Assembly: GCA_964016885.1 (NCBI GenBank)
Contig: OZ024741.1
Location: 289,044,001-289,108,000 of the forward strand
Source: Eledone cirrhosa
Lineage: Eukaryota
Direction: 5' to 3'
DNA length: 64,000 nt
The position numbers were made by a program, and so were the translations under genes. Below the pieces are notes generated by a model, which did not search any database, had not been told where the DNA came from, and saw only the letters and a program-made list of their open reading frames with translations. The stretch's first letter is position 1. Each line of letters begins with the position of its first letter. Shown here one piece after another: positions 40,259-53,109 of the stretch.

Positions 40259-40436
40259 ATATGCATATGCTATAGGCGTTCTTTGTTATTTATTATATCA
40301 CGGCTCTGTCCTCAGACATCGAGCTAACCTTATACTGCCTGCTGGATAAGTGGAGTGTTATACACCCCTGATCCTCTCCCTAGTATACTATATATATATA
40401 TATATATATATTTAAAACTAATTCTTTAAAGCAATA

Positions 40437-41312
40437 CTCCCCTACAGACCTTTTGAACTCTTACCTGAAGAAGGGCTTATGCCCGAAACGTCGTCCTCCA
40501 CCTACCCCCCCACTCTCCTGAGCGTGAATCTAATAAACATTTGTCGTACTGCCTCTCTGTTCTGTCCCTGTTCAATTTTTTTATTATACAAAACACACGC
40601 TCACACGGCCTCCATCCTTGGAACTTAACTTAACAACCGGCTCAATCCCGATCTAATCCGCCGTGACCTTTCTCCGAACTTTACACACCTTCCCACACTT
40701 TGTCTTTCCTTCCTTTCGCTATATGTCTCTCCACCACTCCCCTACACACCTTTTGAACTCTTACCTGAAGGGCTTATGCCCGAAACGTCGTCCTCCACCT
40801 ACCCCCCACTCTCCTGAGCGTGAATCTAATAAACATTTGTCGTACTGCCTCTCTGTTCTGTCCCTGTTCAATTTTTTATTATACAAAACACACGCTCACA
40901 CGGCCTCCATCCTTGGAACTTAACTTAACAACCGGCTCAACCCCGATCTAATCCGCCGTGACCTTTCTCCGAACTTTACACACCTTCCCACACTTTGTCT
41001 TTCCTTCCTTTCGCTATATGTCTCTCCACCACTCCCCTACACACCTTTTGAACTCTTACCTGAAGGGCTTATGCCCGAAACGTCGTCCTCCACCTACCCC
41101 CCACTCTCCTGAGCGTGAATCTAATAAACATTTGTCGTACTGCCTCTCTGTTCTGTCCCTGTTCAATTTTTTATTATACAAAACACACGCTCACACGGCC
41201 TCCATCCTTGGAACTTAACTTAACAACCGGCTCAACCCCGATCTAATCCGCCGTGACCTTTCTCCGAACTTTACACACCTTCCCACACTTTGTCTTTCCT
41301 TCCTTTCGCTAT
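40437..41312 (+). repeat. Three tandem ~295-bp pLTR units
   Basis: Identical ORFs at 40663 and 40958 give period 295. Core intact at 40465; copies 2 and 3 share a 3-nt core deletion. Confidence 0.9.
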
Positions 41313-41677
41313 AGTGTGTGTGCGCGTGTGCGTGCGTGCGTGTGAACGTGCTTGTAGACACCTGAAATATAGCTTAAGAGAAACTTAATAAAGATAGGCA
41401 CCCCAAATTTGAACCTGCTATAGAATTCTTTCTGCCTTTGTCACTCTAAATACATCTTTAAAGAATTCCCTTTTCTTTAAACCCAGCAGCAAATGACCTC
41501 CGCCCATCTTGTAGTAGACACCTCCTGAAATATAGGCATCGTTAGCTTTAAGAGAAACTTAAAAAGAAGGAGTGCACTCTAATCTGAATTAGTTTATAGA
41601 ATTCTTTCTGCCTTTTTCTCTCTAAATATTAATTATTGCTTTAAAGAATTAGTTTTTAAAGAATTCCCTTTCTTTAA

Positions 41678-42263
41678 CCCATTAGTGTTTAAACCGCCTC
41701 AAAGCGGCCGCAATTATCAATTATTTCCCCTTCATTTGTTCAATCCGATATGTTCCCGATTTTATTCAAAATACTGGTCCACAACACACATTAGCTCCCG
41801 ATGGATTATTTCTTTTTGTTTTTACCACAAACTTTCTTCGAAGTTGTGGCAGAAGAGATTACTCGATATGCCCAAGAATAGATTACAAATCGAGGAAAAC
41901 CCGGTCTGTTATGGCGACCGACAGATGCTGCGGAAATGCAAGCATTTTTTTACCTTAAATATTATGTTCGGTATGAAACAATTTCCAAGACTGTGGAATT
42001 ACTGGAGCACTGATATATGGTTTAGTGATCCTTATATATCGAGTATTATGCCGAAAACAAGGTATTTAAAATTAAACCAGTATTTGCACCTGGTTGATAC
42101 TTCAAATGTCCCTATTAATTAATTTCACCTGCCCATAAAAGTCAAATTTAACCCCCAAAAAATCAGGTAAAATGATATAATTGCAAACCTGCACATAGAA
42201 AATTAAAAAAATTACAAACAATAAAATTGATAACCCTCTTGAGTACGATTAACTGAAAATAAT
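41678..42263 (+). mobile_element. Internally deleted, diverged piggyBac derivative
   Basis: TTAA-CCCATTAG left end; homology to 1290-1667 of the intact element, then a jump to its 3' subterminal region (3160-3345). Right TIR absent; a SINE fragment follows. Confidence 0.8.
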
Positions 42264-42539
42264 TGTTTCTACTTTAGGCACAAGGCCAGCAATTATTCCA
42301 GTGCATTACTGATACTTTATTTTATCGACCCCGTAAGAGCCTATGAAGATGTTAACACCAGCTAGAAAAGATCTCTCCTTTTCTCTACACACTTCAGCCT
42401 GGAGTTGTGACCATCGGGTAACGATTCATTTATATTTTAATACCTTTGACTTCTATGAAGTAAAAACATTATAACAACACACACCGGCATTTACTGTCTT
42501 TTGTAATAATTTTATATGTACACCGATACTAATCTAAAG

Positions 42540-43081
42540 TGGTTGAAAAAGGACCATAGAATGAACCAAATCTTACGAACACACGATATCATAAAGAGCA
42601 AAAGACAATCTAAGTCAATAAAAACATCCTAACACATGCCAAAGTACTGCCAACCACAACAACGAAACCCACAGTAAAAAAATGCGATAGACCCAACTGT
42701 GTCATTTGCATCAACCTAATAGAGGGTTCGGAATTCTATTTCAAAGAAGGACAACGTTTTATAGTAAAACACAATTTCACATGCGCATCAGAAAATCTAA
42801 TATATGTATTAACTTGCTCAGGTTGTCGAGAACAATACATAGGCCAGACCAAAAACAGCCTGCGCCAACGCATGACTGTCCATAGATCCCAAATTAAAAT
42901 ACGGGAATACAGGAAAATACCACTGAGTGAACACATTGATACCTGTGCCGCCCAAAATCATCCCAACTTCAGAATCTTTCCCCTCTACAAATTTAAAAAT
43001 AATGCCACCCACATCCAGCGCATCAGCAAGGAATCTTACTTTATTAACAAATACGGACCCCGTCTAAACACTTCTCCCTAA
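42540..43081 (+). pseudogene. PLE GIY-YIG fragment
   Basis: CDRPNCVIC, FTCASENLIYVLTCSGCREQYIGQT...RQRMTVH. Confidence 0.85.
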
Positions 43082-43274
43082 GACGAACCCACAACACACA
43101 CACACGTCAACATACATACCTACATCAGGATACATCTCTACCCACATATAAACACAATGACATATGTAAACACACGTGTTCTATGTTACAACACAAATAT
43201 ACACACATTTGCATACCTTTTGATGTCTATAGATATAAACGTGCCGACACACACACATGCATTGCACACTGATG

Positions 43275-43570
43275 GGCACATACATATTTGTACACAGGTA
43301 TTCCAATACGGCAAGGCCTAATGAATTCCCCTTGCATGTACAATCTGGACACACTCCAGATACATATTTGTACACAGGTATACAATTTCTGGACACACTC
43401 CAGATACATGTGTGCAATTTGTACACAAGTATACAATTTGTACACAAGTATACAATTTGTGCACAGATATACAATTTCTGGACACTCCAGATACATATTT
43501 GTGCACAGGTATTCCAATACGGCAAGGCCTAATGGATCCCCCTTGCAGTACGTACAATCTGGACACTCAC
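43275..43570. repeat. Composite minisatellite
   Basis: Recurrent tacaatttgtacacaagta and ctggacacactccagataca, plus a duplicated ttccaatacggcaaggcctaatg block. Confidence 0.8.
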
Positions 43571-44624
43571 ACACACCTTGGTATTATGCCAATACTATAT
43601 ATCATTTCACACCTTTTATTATTAAGGTTTTTGATATTCTATTGAGAGAATCGATCTTACTGAAAATATCGAATAATGTACACCATTTTACAAGAAATAA
43701 ATACTGGTCCACCCACACCCACACGCGTACATTAACATACAAAGACACACACACACACACACACACACTTCGTATAAGACAAGAGTTGAAAAATATCTTT
43801 TAACATGTTAAAATATCCCCCACACACTTACAGACACATTCCTACTGACCATCCCTCTACCACGAATTACTCTGCTACACACACACACACACACACTTGT
43901 CTTAATAGGCATTTGAACTGTCAACAGGCTGCGGTTCGCACACGTATCCCTGCTGACCATTATCACAACAACGAACGTGTTTACTACTACTACTACTACT
44001 ACTACTACTACACACACATATTTGTTGTGAAAGACTTATTTCTCAGTGACTTCTCAATCAACCGACACAAACCTACATTTGGCGCAAAATCAATTTTTTT
44101 ACATTCACATGACCTCTACCGACCAATCAAAATTGTTTTGACAAGAATTATTTTTGCAACACGAATTGGCGCAAAACTTATTTTAATACCGCTGGCGCCA
44201 CTTTTTTAACATAAAAACAGGTAGAATTCCCAAAACTAATCAGATCAGAGCAAACATCACGGTCGCTCTATCTCAAAATTATTTTTGAAAGACATTAGAA
44301 ATGCGCAACCGGTAAAACTTAAAACCAATACTGAATACTAACCAATACTATTACTAATTCTCACTTATTCCTAATTAAACTATTTTTCACTGTGAACAAT
44401 TTGTCAGCATTTTCTTTTCCGTATAACAGCGCCCACTATATATATATATATATAATTTGCAATACCATCGTTGTTTGTTTACATGCCTCGCTCGTTTCAC
44501 CCTATTTTACTTGTCTCAATAACTTTATTGAGTTATTGCTCGCACCAACTAGAGGTATATGATTTTTAAAGCGATGAAATAACAATGAAAGTTGGAAGAT
44601 CACTGATGAAGGACTAATTTTATT

Positions 44625-45062
44625 CATAAACAGACAGGCCAGAACCACGAGGAAAACAACAACTAAACCACCGCATCCACCAACACCGAGCAGCACCTCA
44701 ACGATACGACGCACCTGGTCACCGACCTAACCGGCACTCTCACGAGCGACGAGCTGAAACTCCTACACCTCGGACCCAAGTTCATCGTCTCACAACGACT
44801 CGACGACAGACTCTCGAAGCCAACTTTTGTCGAGCCGCTTACCAACTTAAATGGGTGACCGCCATCAACAGCGCCACCGAAAATAACAGCGCCCACTTAA
44901 CAACCCGACAACCCCCCCCCCCCCCCCCCAACCACGAATTCGACACTAAACTAATCAGGCTAAAACACCCCATCTCGGATATTCGATACAAACACACAAA
45001 CACACACACACAAACACACACACAAACACACACACAAACACACACACACACACACAAACACA

Positions 45063-45145
<83 letters not shown>

Positions 45146-46814
45146 CACACAACCTCACCAAATCTCAACTCACCACTCTCTCCAGTCTGAAATCGAAGAA
45201 CCTCATCTACCTCCCCTCCGACAAGGGAAAAGAATTCTGCGTCATCAGGCCTACAACACCTTGACGATGACAACCTTCAACTCCAAGGTCACGGGAATCA
45301 CTCCCGCGCAGATAGAGGAGCACATCAACGCCGCCTGGACCAACATCTGCGACCGGCGGAAGCTCCCGAAGAAGCTGAGATACAACCTCCTCACGAGGAA
45401 CAGCAGACTGCCCGCCTTCTACCACCTCGTGAAAACACAAACAGGGACCCGACCTGAAGATCAGGCCCATTGTATCGAGCGTGGCAGGACCGCTCTACAA
45501 AATTTCATGGCTCCTGGCCAGAATACTCAAACCCATCTTAGACACCTTGCCGGGACACGTTAACAGCGCCTACATCAAATGGATCCCGACACCAGAAAGG
45601 CTAACAGATATGCCTTCAGCCTTGATGTAGTCGCTCTCTACACCTCGGTCCCGGCACTCCCGGCCGTTAATATACTGATGGAACGCGTCCAATCCACCGA
45701 CCTACACTGCTTCGGGCTCACAACCACTGACATCCACCAACTCCTATCCATCGTCGTTGACAACACATACTTCGGATTCCTTGACCAAACATACCAGCAA
45801 ACCTCGGGACTGCCCATGGGCTCAAGCCTGTCGGGTGTGCTAGCGATATCATACATGGACAGCCTCGAGCGCAAGGCACTCAACACCTGCCACCCCAACG
45901 CCGTCGCCTTTTTCTCAAGGTACGTGGACGATATCCTCATCCTCACATCTTCCCAAGACATAGCGAACAGAATCTATGAGACGTTCAACAACACGGACGA
46001 GAACATTGATTTCAGTGTTGAACACCCCAGCGACGACGGGTCACTTGCCCTCCTCGACTTCCGAATCAACATCGCGGAACAGGGAGGGATCCACTACAAC
46101 TTCTACCGAAAGGCAGCCTGCAGGAACCTGTTCATCCGCTACAAGTCCGCCCTCCCCAACAGTGCTAAAAGAGGATACATCACGAACGAGATCACGCGAA
46201 TTAAAAACTGATGCAGCGATCCCGTGAATGGTGTCACTCATACCAAGCGATTCCTCTAAGTGCTGGAGACGAACGGGTACCCTACCTCACTCACAAACAG
46301 AATAAGAGACACCAGACACAAGAGGCAGAGAAACACCTAAGGCAAGTGCTTCCTTAAAATACCACACCTGGGCGAGAATACCCGCAAGGCTATACGGAGG
46401 GAGGGCCTCGACATCCACCTGGCCCACTCGGGTCCCTCCCTACGAAGATGCCTCTCCAGGAAACCCGGGAAATCAACTGACGCGTGCTCCCTCAGAAACT
46501 GCCCGATGCGCCATACGAACCGTTGCCCACGCACATATGTCGTGTATAAGATAGAATGTAACAAGTGCAACCACTACTATATAGGTAGCACAACCCGGCC
46601 GCTACACATCCGGATCAAGGAGCACATTAACACCAGGGCCTCGTCTTTTCGGAAACACATAACCAAATGCGGAAACAAAGACGGAAGGCCCATTGTCACA
46701 ATTCTAGCGACAAAAAGAAACGTCGGCACATTACGAATCAAGGAAGCACTTTGGATCAAACGCCTAGGGCCACAAATAAATAACCGATCCGAGAAAAGCG
46801 AAATGAGGTGGTAA
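44625..46814 (+). pseudogene. Near-full-length PLE (Penelope/Poseidon-like) interrupted by (CA)n
   Basis: LLHLGPKF, PSDKG, RPIVS, SLDVVALY, GLPMGS, RYVDD, YVVYKIECNKC..YYIGST; stops and frameshifts; microsatellite at 44990-45150. Confidence 0.9.
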
Positions 46815-46982
46815 ACAAACGATGCAGCAACACACGCACACAAGCGAGACAGCAACACACGCACACCCACACACACACAGTAGCATTCCACCATACGAAC
46901 ATACTACACTGCTAATACAGACGAACGAGGCAACACACGCACACACACACTCAAGCGAGACAACAACACATGCGCGCGCACG

Positions 46983-47024
<42 letters not shown>

Positions 47025-47379
47025 CATTCAAACAGGCACAGAATACTATCACAACCACACACTATTCAACAGGGCAGATAATACAATGGACTGACAGCTA
47101 ACGCCACCCACTCCCACAATTGAAAGAACTATTTCGGCCGCCGACTTCTGCTTGACCGACCCTATTTCACGCGCACGCGCGCTCTGCTGAATACCTCAGA
47201 TATTCAAAGTTAATTATGTCTAGTCAATTTCTACAGCTAAAAGAAATAACTGGATACATTTTATATGGCTGTACATCGCGGTAGATAGCCTCTATCATTT
47301 GTCTATTATTTCTCCATAGTTACATTTTAAACTTATAGCCTCGTTTAAATGATTTAAATGATTACGTGGTTTAACTCCT

Positions 47380-48640
47380 TCAACTCAAAAAAAGCGAAGC
47401 TCACGCAAATCGACATCGTAGATTTTTTACCCGTCGATCTCAGAGGTCCTGTTAAACAAAGCGTTGGACTTTACTAGCACTTACACTACCGTCCATGTTT
47501 TAGGCAGGGAAATCATCGCTCCCTGCCGGAAAACCCCTCCTCTTCAACAACGGAATAGACTGGGAAAAATCAACCACTTCAGAACTATTCGACGTCTCCA
47601 TGGGACCGTTTGACAATGCTGACGTATGCGACTTGGTTGGCCTATTTATTTTTGACATATTACGTGTTAGATTCCCTGACTTCCACAAGGGAATATACCG
47701 CGACGATGGCCTTAAAAAAGACTTAACTTCTACCTTTAATAAGTTAGGACTTAGGATAACAGTAGCTACCAGCCTCTCTAGCGTAGATTTCTTAGACATT
47801 AATTTAGACCTTCGCACACATCCATAAGCTTAACGAAAAACTCAATTACATTCACAGGGACTCATGCCACCCTCCCATTGTTTTTAGAAACGTAAATAAT
47901 ATCAGTACTAGAATCTCAAACCTCTCCTCTAATAAGGCTATCTTTGACAGGCGCACCCTACTATAACACGGCGTTAGCTAACAGCGGCTTCTCGTAACCT
48001 AACCTATCACTTAAAGAAAGCGTAACAATAGACAACCTATCTGGCTGTCTCCTCCCTTCTCACTCAACATTAAAACGAATGTAGGAAAACATTTTTTACC
48101 CCTCTTAGATAGACACTTTTCCATAGGTCACAAATACCGCTCCATCTTTAAAAGACAGACTAAAACTATGGTACTCCTGTACTAAGTATATGAAGGCCCA
48201 CATCACCAACAGCCCTAAGAGCAACACCCCACCAGGGTGCTCTTGCCGAAAGCCTGAAGCTTGTCCCCTTCAACAGCAATGCAACACACCCGCTGTAGTT
48301 TATGAAGCTGTGGTCACTTCCAACTAACCAAATCAACCACAGGAGGTCAAATCCTATGTGGGTATGGCGGAGGGCCGATTTAAGGAACACTTCCTGAATC
48401 ATCAGTCGACCTTTAGGTACCCGGACAAACGACCATCCACGAAACTTGCGAGCCACGTATGGTCCCTCAAGGGCTCAAGTATAGACTACTCCATTCAATG
48501 GAAAGCCATCACTAAGTCTATGTATTGATGAACGGATAAATATTCTAAGGAGATATAGTGATTGCCTAAACTCAAGAAATCAAATCTTCACGCGTTGTCC
48601 ACATGTCTGGAAACACCTCTTACACAACTACAAAGCTCCG
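47380..48640 (+). pseudogene. PLE (Nematis-like) decayed fragment
   Basis: QIDIVDF, MGPFDNADVCDLVG, IYRDDG, VDFLDI, CSCRKPEACP, SYVG remnants. Confidence 0.8.
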
Positions 48641-48810
48641 GATTGAATAACAACCTAATTCCCTTATCAACTAGATCTACTTTTCGGACTTTCGCAGTTA
48701 TCTCCCTTACATCTTTCGCCGCAGGTTTGTATTGCCTGGGTGAAGTGGCCGTTTCTGTGCATTCGCGTTCATACAGTTGTCCTTCCTATTCGTATAACCA
48801 TGACCCATTA

Positions 48811-48848
48811 CGAGCTGAGGTTCCGCTAAGGTGAAACAATTGTTCTCG
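48811..48848 (+). ncRNA. Degenerate hammerhead motif downstream of a PLE
   Basis: CGAG-CTGAGGT...GAAA-CAATTGTT-CTCG: stem I and palindromic stem III intact, A9 and stem II decayed. Confidence 0.4.
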
Positions 48849-48934
48849 GTATGGTCGGTATGGTGAACTAACTTCCACCCAACTCGTCCCATGGGCTGAG
48901 TGCTCTACCACTACGGATATTACCTTCCAGTGTT

Positions 48935-49071
<137 letters not shown>

Positions 49072-49114
49072 GGAATACTGTTAGCTTCTCGCTACAACAA
49101 TTTCTATACTTTTC

Positions 49115-49155
<41 letters not shown>

Positions 49156-49159
<4 letters not shown>

Positions 49160-49540
49160 TACTTGGGGAGGGTCATATTTGTGTAATATTGTCAGAATTA
49201 TGGCGTAGACATACAATACAACAGGAGGAAAATATAACACCACTGACGATGTTGCAGATGTGCAATGAAAGATTTATGATAAACTATATATATGTGTTTG
49301 TGTCTATATTGTATCTGTATTATTTTTTGACCGTCGGTCAGTCAATGGCAACATTGAGGACCGAGTAAGTTAGATTACCGATATAAAAGACAGCGAGAAG
49401 CGAAAACCAACCAAACAGTGAGTGTGTTCTGTTATTAATTCTGGCAATATTACACAAATATGACCCTCCCCAAGTATAACAATATTTGTTTCGACACACG
49501 ATTTCATATAAAAAACCTCGCAAAACTAATTCATCGCCGC
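49156..49540 (+). repeat. pLTR homologous to 60360-60670, with hammerhead at 49241-49278 and an inverted 45-bp end
   Basis: atgaccctcccc aagtataacaat shared with 60594; 49156-49200 is the reverse complement of 49436-49480. Confidence 0.7.
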
Positions 49541-49981
49541 TATATAATGAATAATAACAGGTAGACATCATAAAAGGGTAATTTATTCTGTGTGCTTACA
49601 AATGTTTCCACGGTGGTTATACAGTCTAGTTATGCTATGTGCAAATTTATAACTATTTGCAAAACTCAATTATCAAATCCTGTGACCACTGTATCGTCAG
49701 AGCAGAATGGTTAAAATGTACAATGTAAATACCCTTAAGTGAGGTTATTGGGGAAGAGAGTAGAAAAGGAAGAGAGAAAAGAAGGGGAGAGGGAGATATA
49801 TATATATATATATGCTGGGGTTGGAGCAATGGGAGAGAGTGGTTTGTAGATATCTTAATCAAAATATTGTGGTTTTATTATACTGGTTACTCTTAAAGCG
49901 ACCACTTTAAGCGATGCGTTGATAGTCAAGATTGGAATTATTTATTGCCACAGAGGGCAGGTTCATAGATGTGGACCTAGG

Positions 49982-50018
<37 letters not shown>

Positions 50019-50199
50019 GGTAGAGAAGGAGAGATAGAGTGGGGACAGACGAGAGCTATGGGATGGGTGTAAATTGAGTTCTAGTACAAATTGCACTAAG
50101 TTTCCATTTATAGTGATAAGCAGGGTATTGTCTTGTAGTGTGGGGGAAGAGAAGTGGTTAGCTAGAAAGCAATGTTATAGTTACGGGTTCGAAGTTATT

Positions 50200-51430
50200 T
50201 TATAGTGAGAGAATTTAGCCTTTCAGTTTGTGGTTGCAGTATAATGATCGTTATCATTTAGTAATTTATTTTGGGATTTTAAGATGTAAAAGAGTTCAAG
50301 GTTACATAACCTACAGTACTTCAATCCACTCCGATATGCACTAGCGCTAGAAAGTATATTCCATTTCAAGGTGAACTGTTGGTTGCGTTCACGGAGTTGC
50401 CAGGTCTTGTTGGCGAGCGTGGTCACAAAACGGTGATTAGGATGTTTAATTGAGAATTCATAACGATACCAGCGAGATTTAAAGGAGGTAGTGGTAGACC
50501 CGATGTAATACCATTTCTGGTCGTTCGATTCAACAGTGCATTGGTAAACAATGTTGGACTTTAGGCATGTAGTAAAGAGTTGCCTCCCATGCCATGACAA
50601 ATCTCATCACCGCTCTCTAGACAGGAAGTAGGTGGAGTTGCTTCCCTTTGGGATTGACCAGACTCCCTGGTGGTCACTTCCGGTCAACAGATATAAAAGG
50701 AGCGGTTTACCACGAGATCTCTCACTCTCGCCTCCTGATTCCCGAAGTGGTAACACCTTCGACCATAGCTTGTGATTCCTTCTGGACGACCCTTCGTTAC
50801 CAAACACAATGCAGCTTGCAGCCTGAGATGAGAGCCTAAGATGTTTCTACCAACTTCAGAATTGTATTATTACCATCGGGTAACAAACCCTTATATTATA
50901 TGCCTTTTGACTTCTATGAAGTAAAACTTTATTACGCACACACACACCAGTATTTACTGTCTTTTATATTATGTTGCATGTACACCGATATTTATTTCCT
51001 AAAGGCATTTATTCTTCAATGGACATCTTTCAGGTAGATGGCAGTTACAGTTTGTTGTGAGTAGCGGGTATACCATGGATAGGTTGGGATAGCAGTACAG
51101 GTGGGTTGTGTAATACCCGTCTCCCATTTAGTGGTTGAGAGGCCGATATTACGTTATGGTCATCTGTTATTAAAATATTGTTTTGTAGTGTTGTTTAATT
51201 GAAGTTTTTTTTATGTATGCTTCAAGGTTTGGTGCCGTGGAGTATGATAGTCTAATAGTTTTAGAGTTCAGAATTTTACTGTATTTATGGGACCTAGAGA
51301 AATGCTTGTTGATTAACTTAAAGAATGAAAGAGATAGTTTTGTACTAATCGAAGCATTAAAAATGGGATTATACCAGATATACTTTCTACAGCGTGATTT
51401 ATTTGGTGATGATTTTCTATTATTAGTATG
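50200..51430 (-). pseudogene. PLE (Nematis-like) 3' fragment interrupted by an LTR
   Basis: RKYIWYNPIFN, RLSYSTAPN, CNC..CPL, SNIVYQC...YYIGST, CRLC on the minus strand. Confidence 0.85.
50568..51002 (+). mobile_element. Probable solo LTR
   Basis: 435-bp insertion splitting the PLE reading frame, flanked by AGGCA (50563-50567, 51003-51007). Starts TGTAGTAA, ends TTCCTAA (degenerate inverted end); TATAAAA at 50692; partial homologue at ~42336-42530. Confidence 0.65.
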
Positions 51431-51565
51431 TCTGGTGGTACTGCGTGTGTGCGCTTGTATTTCAGTGCCCCGGTTACGTATTCTTTGATTCCGTGTAGAG
51501 CTATGCATGTTATGGATAATCTTATCAATGCATTCTATTGTATCCCGGTGGTCGGCATTCCTTAA

Positions 51566-53096
51566 CCCTTTAACATTCAAAACGACAAAAACCGACAAGA
51601 TTATGTCCCCTTTCATTTATTCAAACCGACAAAAACCGACATTTAATACTACACGGAGATCTCCTTCTAAAAATAAACATTGACATCGTCAAAATCTCGT
51701 CAATTCGAGATTACTGCGAGATAAAGCCCTTACGCGTGAAAATTAACTCTTAGTATAGTTAAAGAACTTGCGATAACACATGTTTTTAACATTGAAAGTG
51801 TAACATGGCTTCCGAAAGTAGCGACAACGAATTTGAAGGTTTTACATCCTACGACATTCAAGATAAAAAAGAAACAGTGATATCAGTGATTTATCTTCAA
51901 ACGAATCCGATATATTTATTTCTGATATATCTGATGATGATAGTCACTTTGAAAGTGAAAGCGAAGATATAACTGACGCCATTGAAAAAACACCAACGTG
52001 GTTGAAAGAAACAACACCGATACATGTTTCGGATTTTACTGAAAATACTGGACCACAACACACATTACCACCCGATGCTAAAGCACTGGATTATTATTTT
52101 TTATTTTTGCCACAAACTTTCTTCGAAGTTGTGGCGCAGAAGAGATAAATCGCTATGCACACCAACAAATTTCTAACCGAGGAAAACCTGATCTGTTATG
52201 GCGTCCGACAGATTCTGCCGAAATGAAAGCGTTTTTTACCATAAACATTATGATTATGTTTGGTATTAAACAATTTCCACGACTGTGGAATTATTGGAGT
52301 ACTGATATAAGGTTTGGTGACCCTTATATATCTAGTATTATGGCAAAAACGAGATTTATAAAATTAAACCAGTATTTGCATCTGGTTGATACTACAAATG
52401 CCCCTGGTAGAAATGAATCAAATTACGACCCACTGTACAAAGTACGACCATTAATTGAAATGTTGTCAGAAAAATTTAAAAAGTGTGTATATACCTGGAA
52501 AAAATGCGAAACTGAAAAACAGAAGGGACATTCTCCAAATGCAAAAAGAGAACATGTTAGCCACAGTGTTCAAAGACAAACGGCAAATTTTGTTCCTGAG
52601 TTCTAACCTACAACCAGGTGTTGGGGCTGAGGGAAGACCTTTAGTTAACCTCTCCTGTGGAATTATTGGAGTACTGATATAAGGTTTGGTGACCCTAATA
52701 TATCTAGTAGTATGGCAAACACGAGATTCATAAAATTAAACCAGTATTTGCATCTGGTTGAAACTACAAATGCCCCTGGTAGAAATGAATCAAATTACGA
52801 CCCGCTGAACAAAGTACGACCATTAATTGAAATGTTGTCAGAAAAATTTAAAAGTGTGTATATACCTGGAAAAAATCTTAGTGTTGATGAAGCTATGATT
52901 GGGTATAAGGGTAGGGTTCATTTCAGACAGTATATGCCAGCTAAACCCACCAAGTGGAGCATCAAAGTGTGGGAACTGTGTGAATCGGACACAGGATACT
53001 GTGTAAACTTTGATGTTTACACAGGAAAAAAACTTAATGGAGAGAAAACACGGGTTGGGTTACGATGTTGTGTGGTCGCTGACCAATCCTTCCACT
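51566..53096 (+). mobile_element. Rearranged, truncated copy of the piggyBac at 829
   Basis: TTAA (51562-51565) + CCCTTTAAC left TIR; high identity to the first element, with frameshifts, an internal deletion and a re-duplication. Confidence 0.93.
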
Positions 53097-53109
53097 ACGT
53101 CGAACAGAC

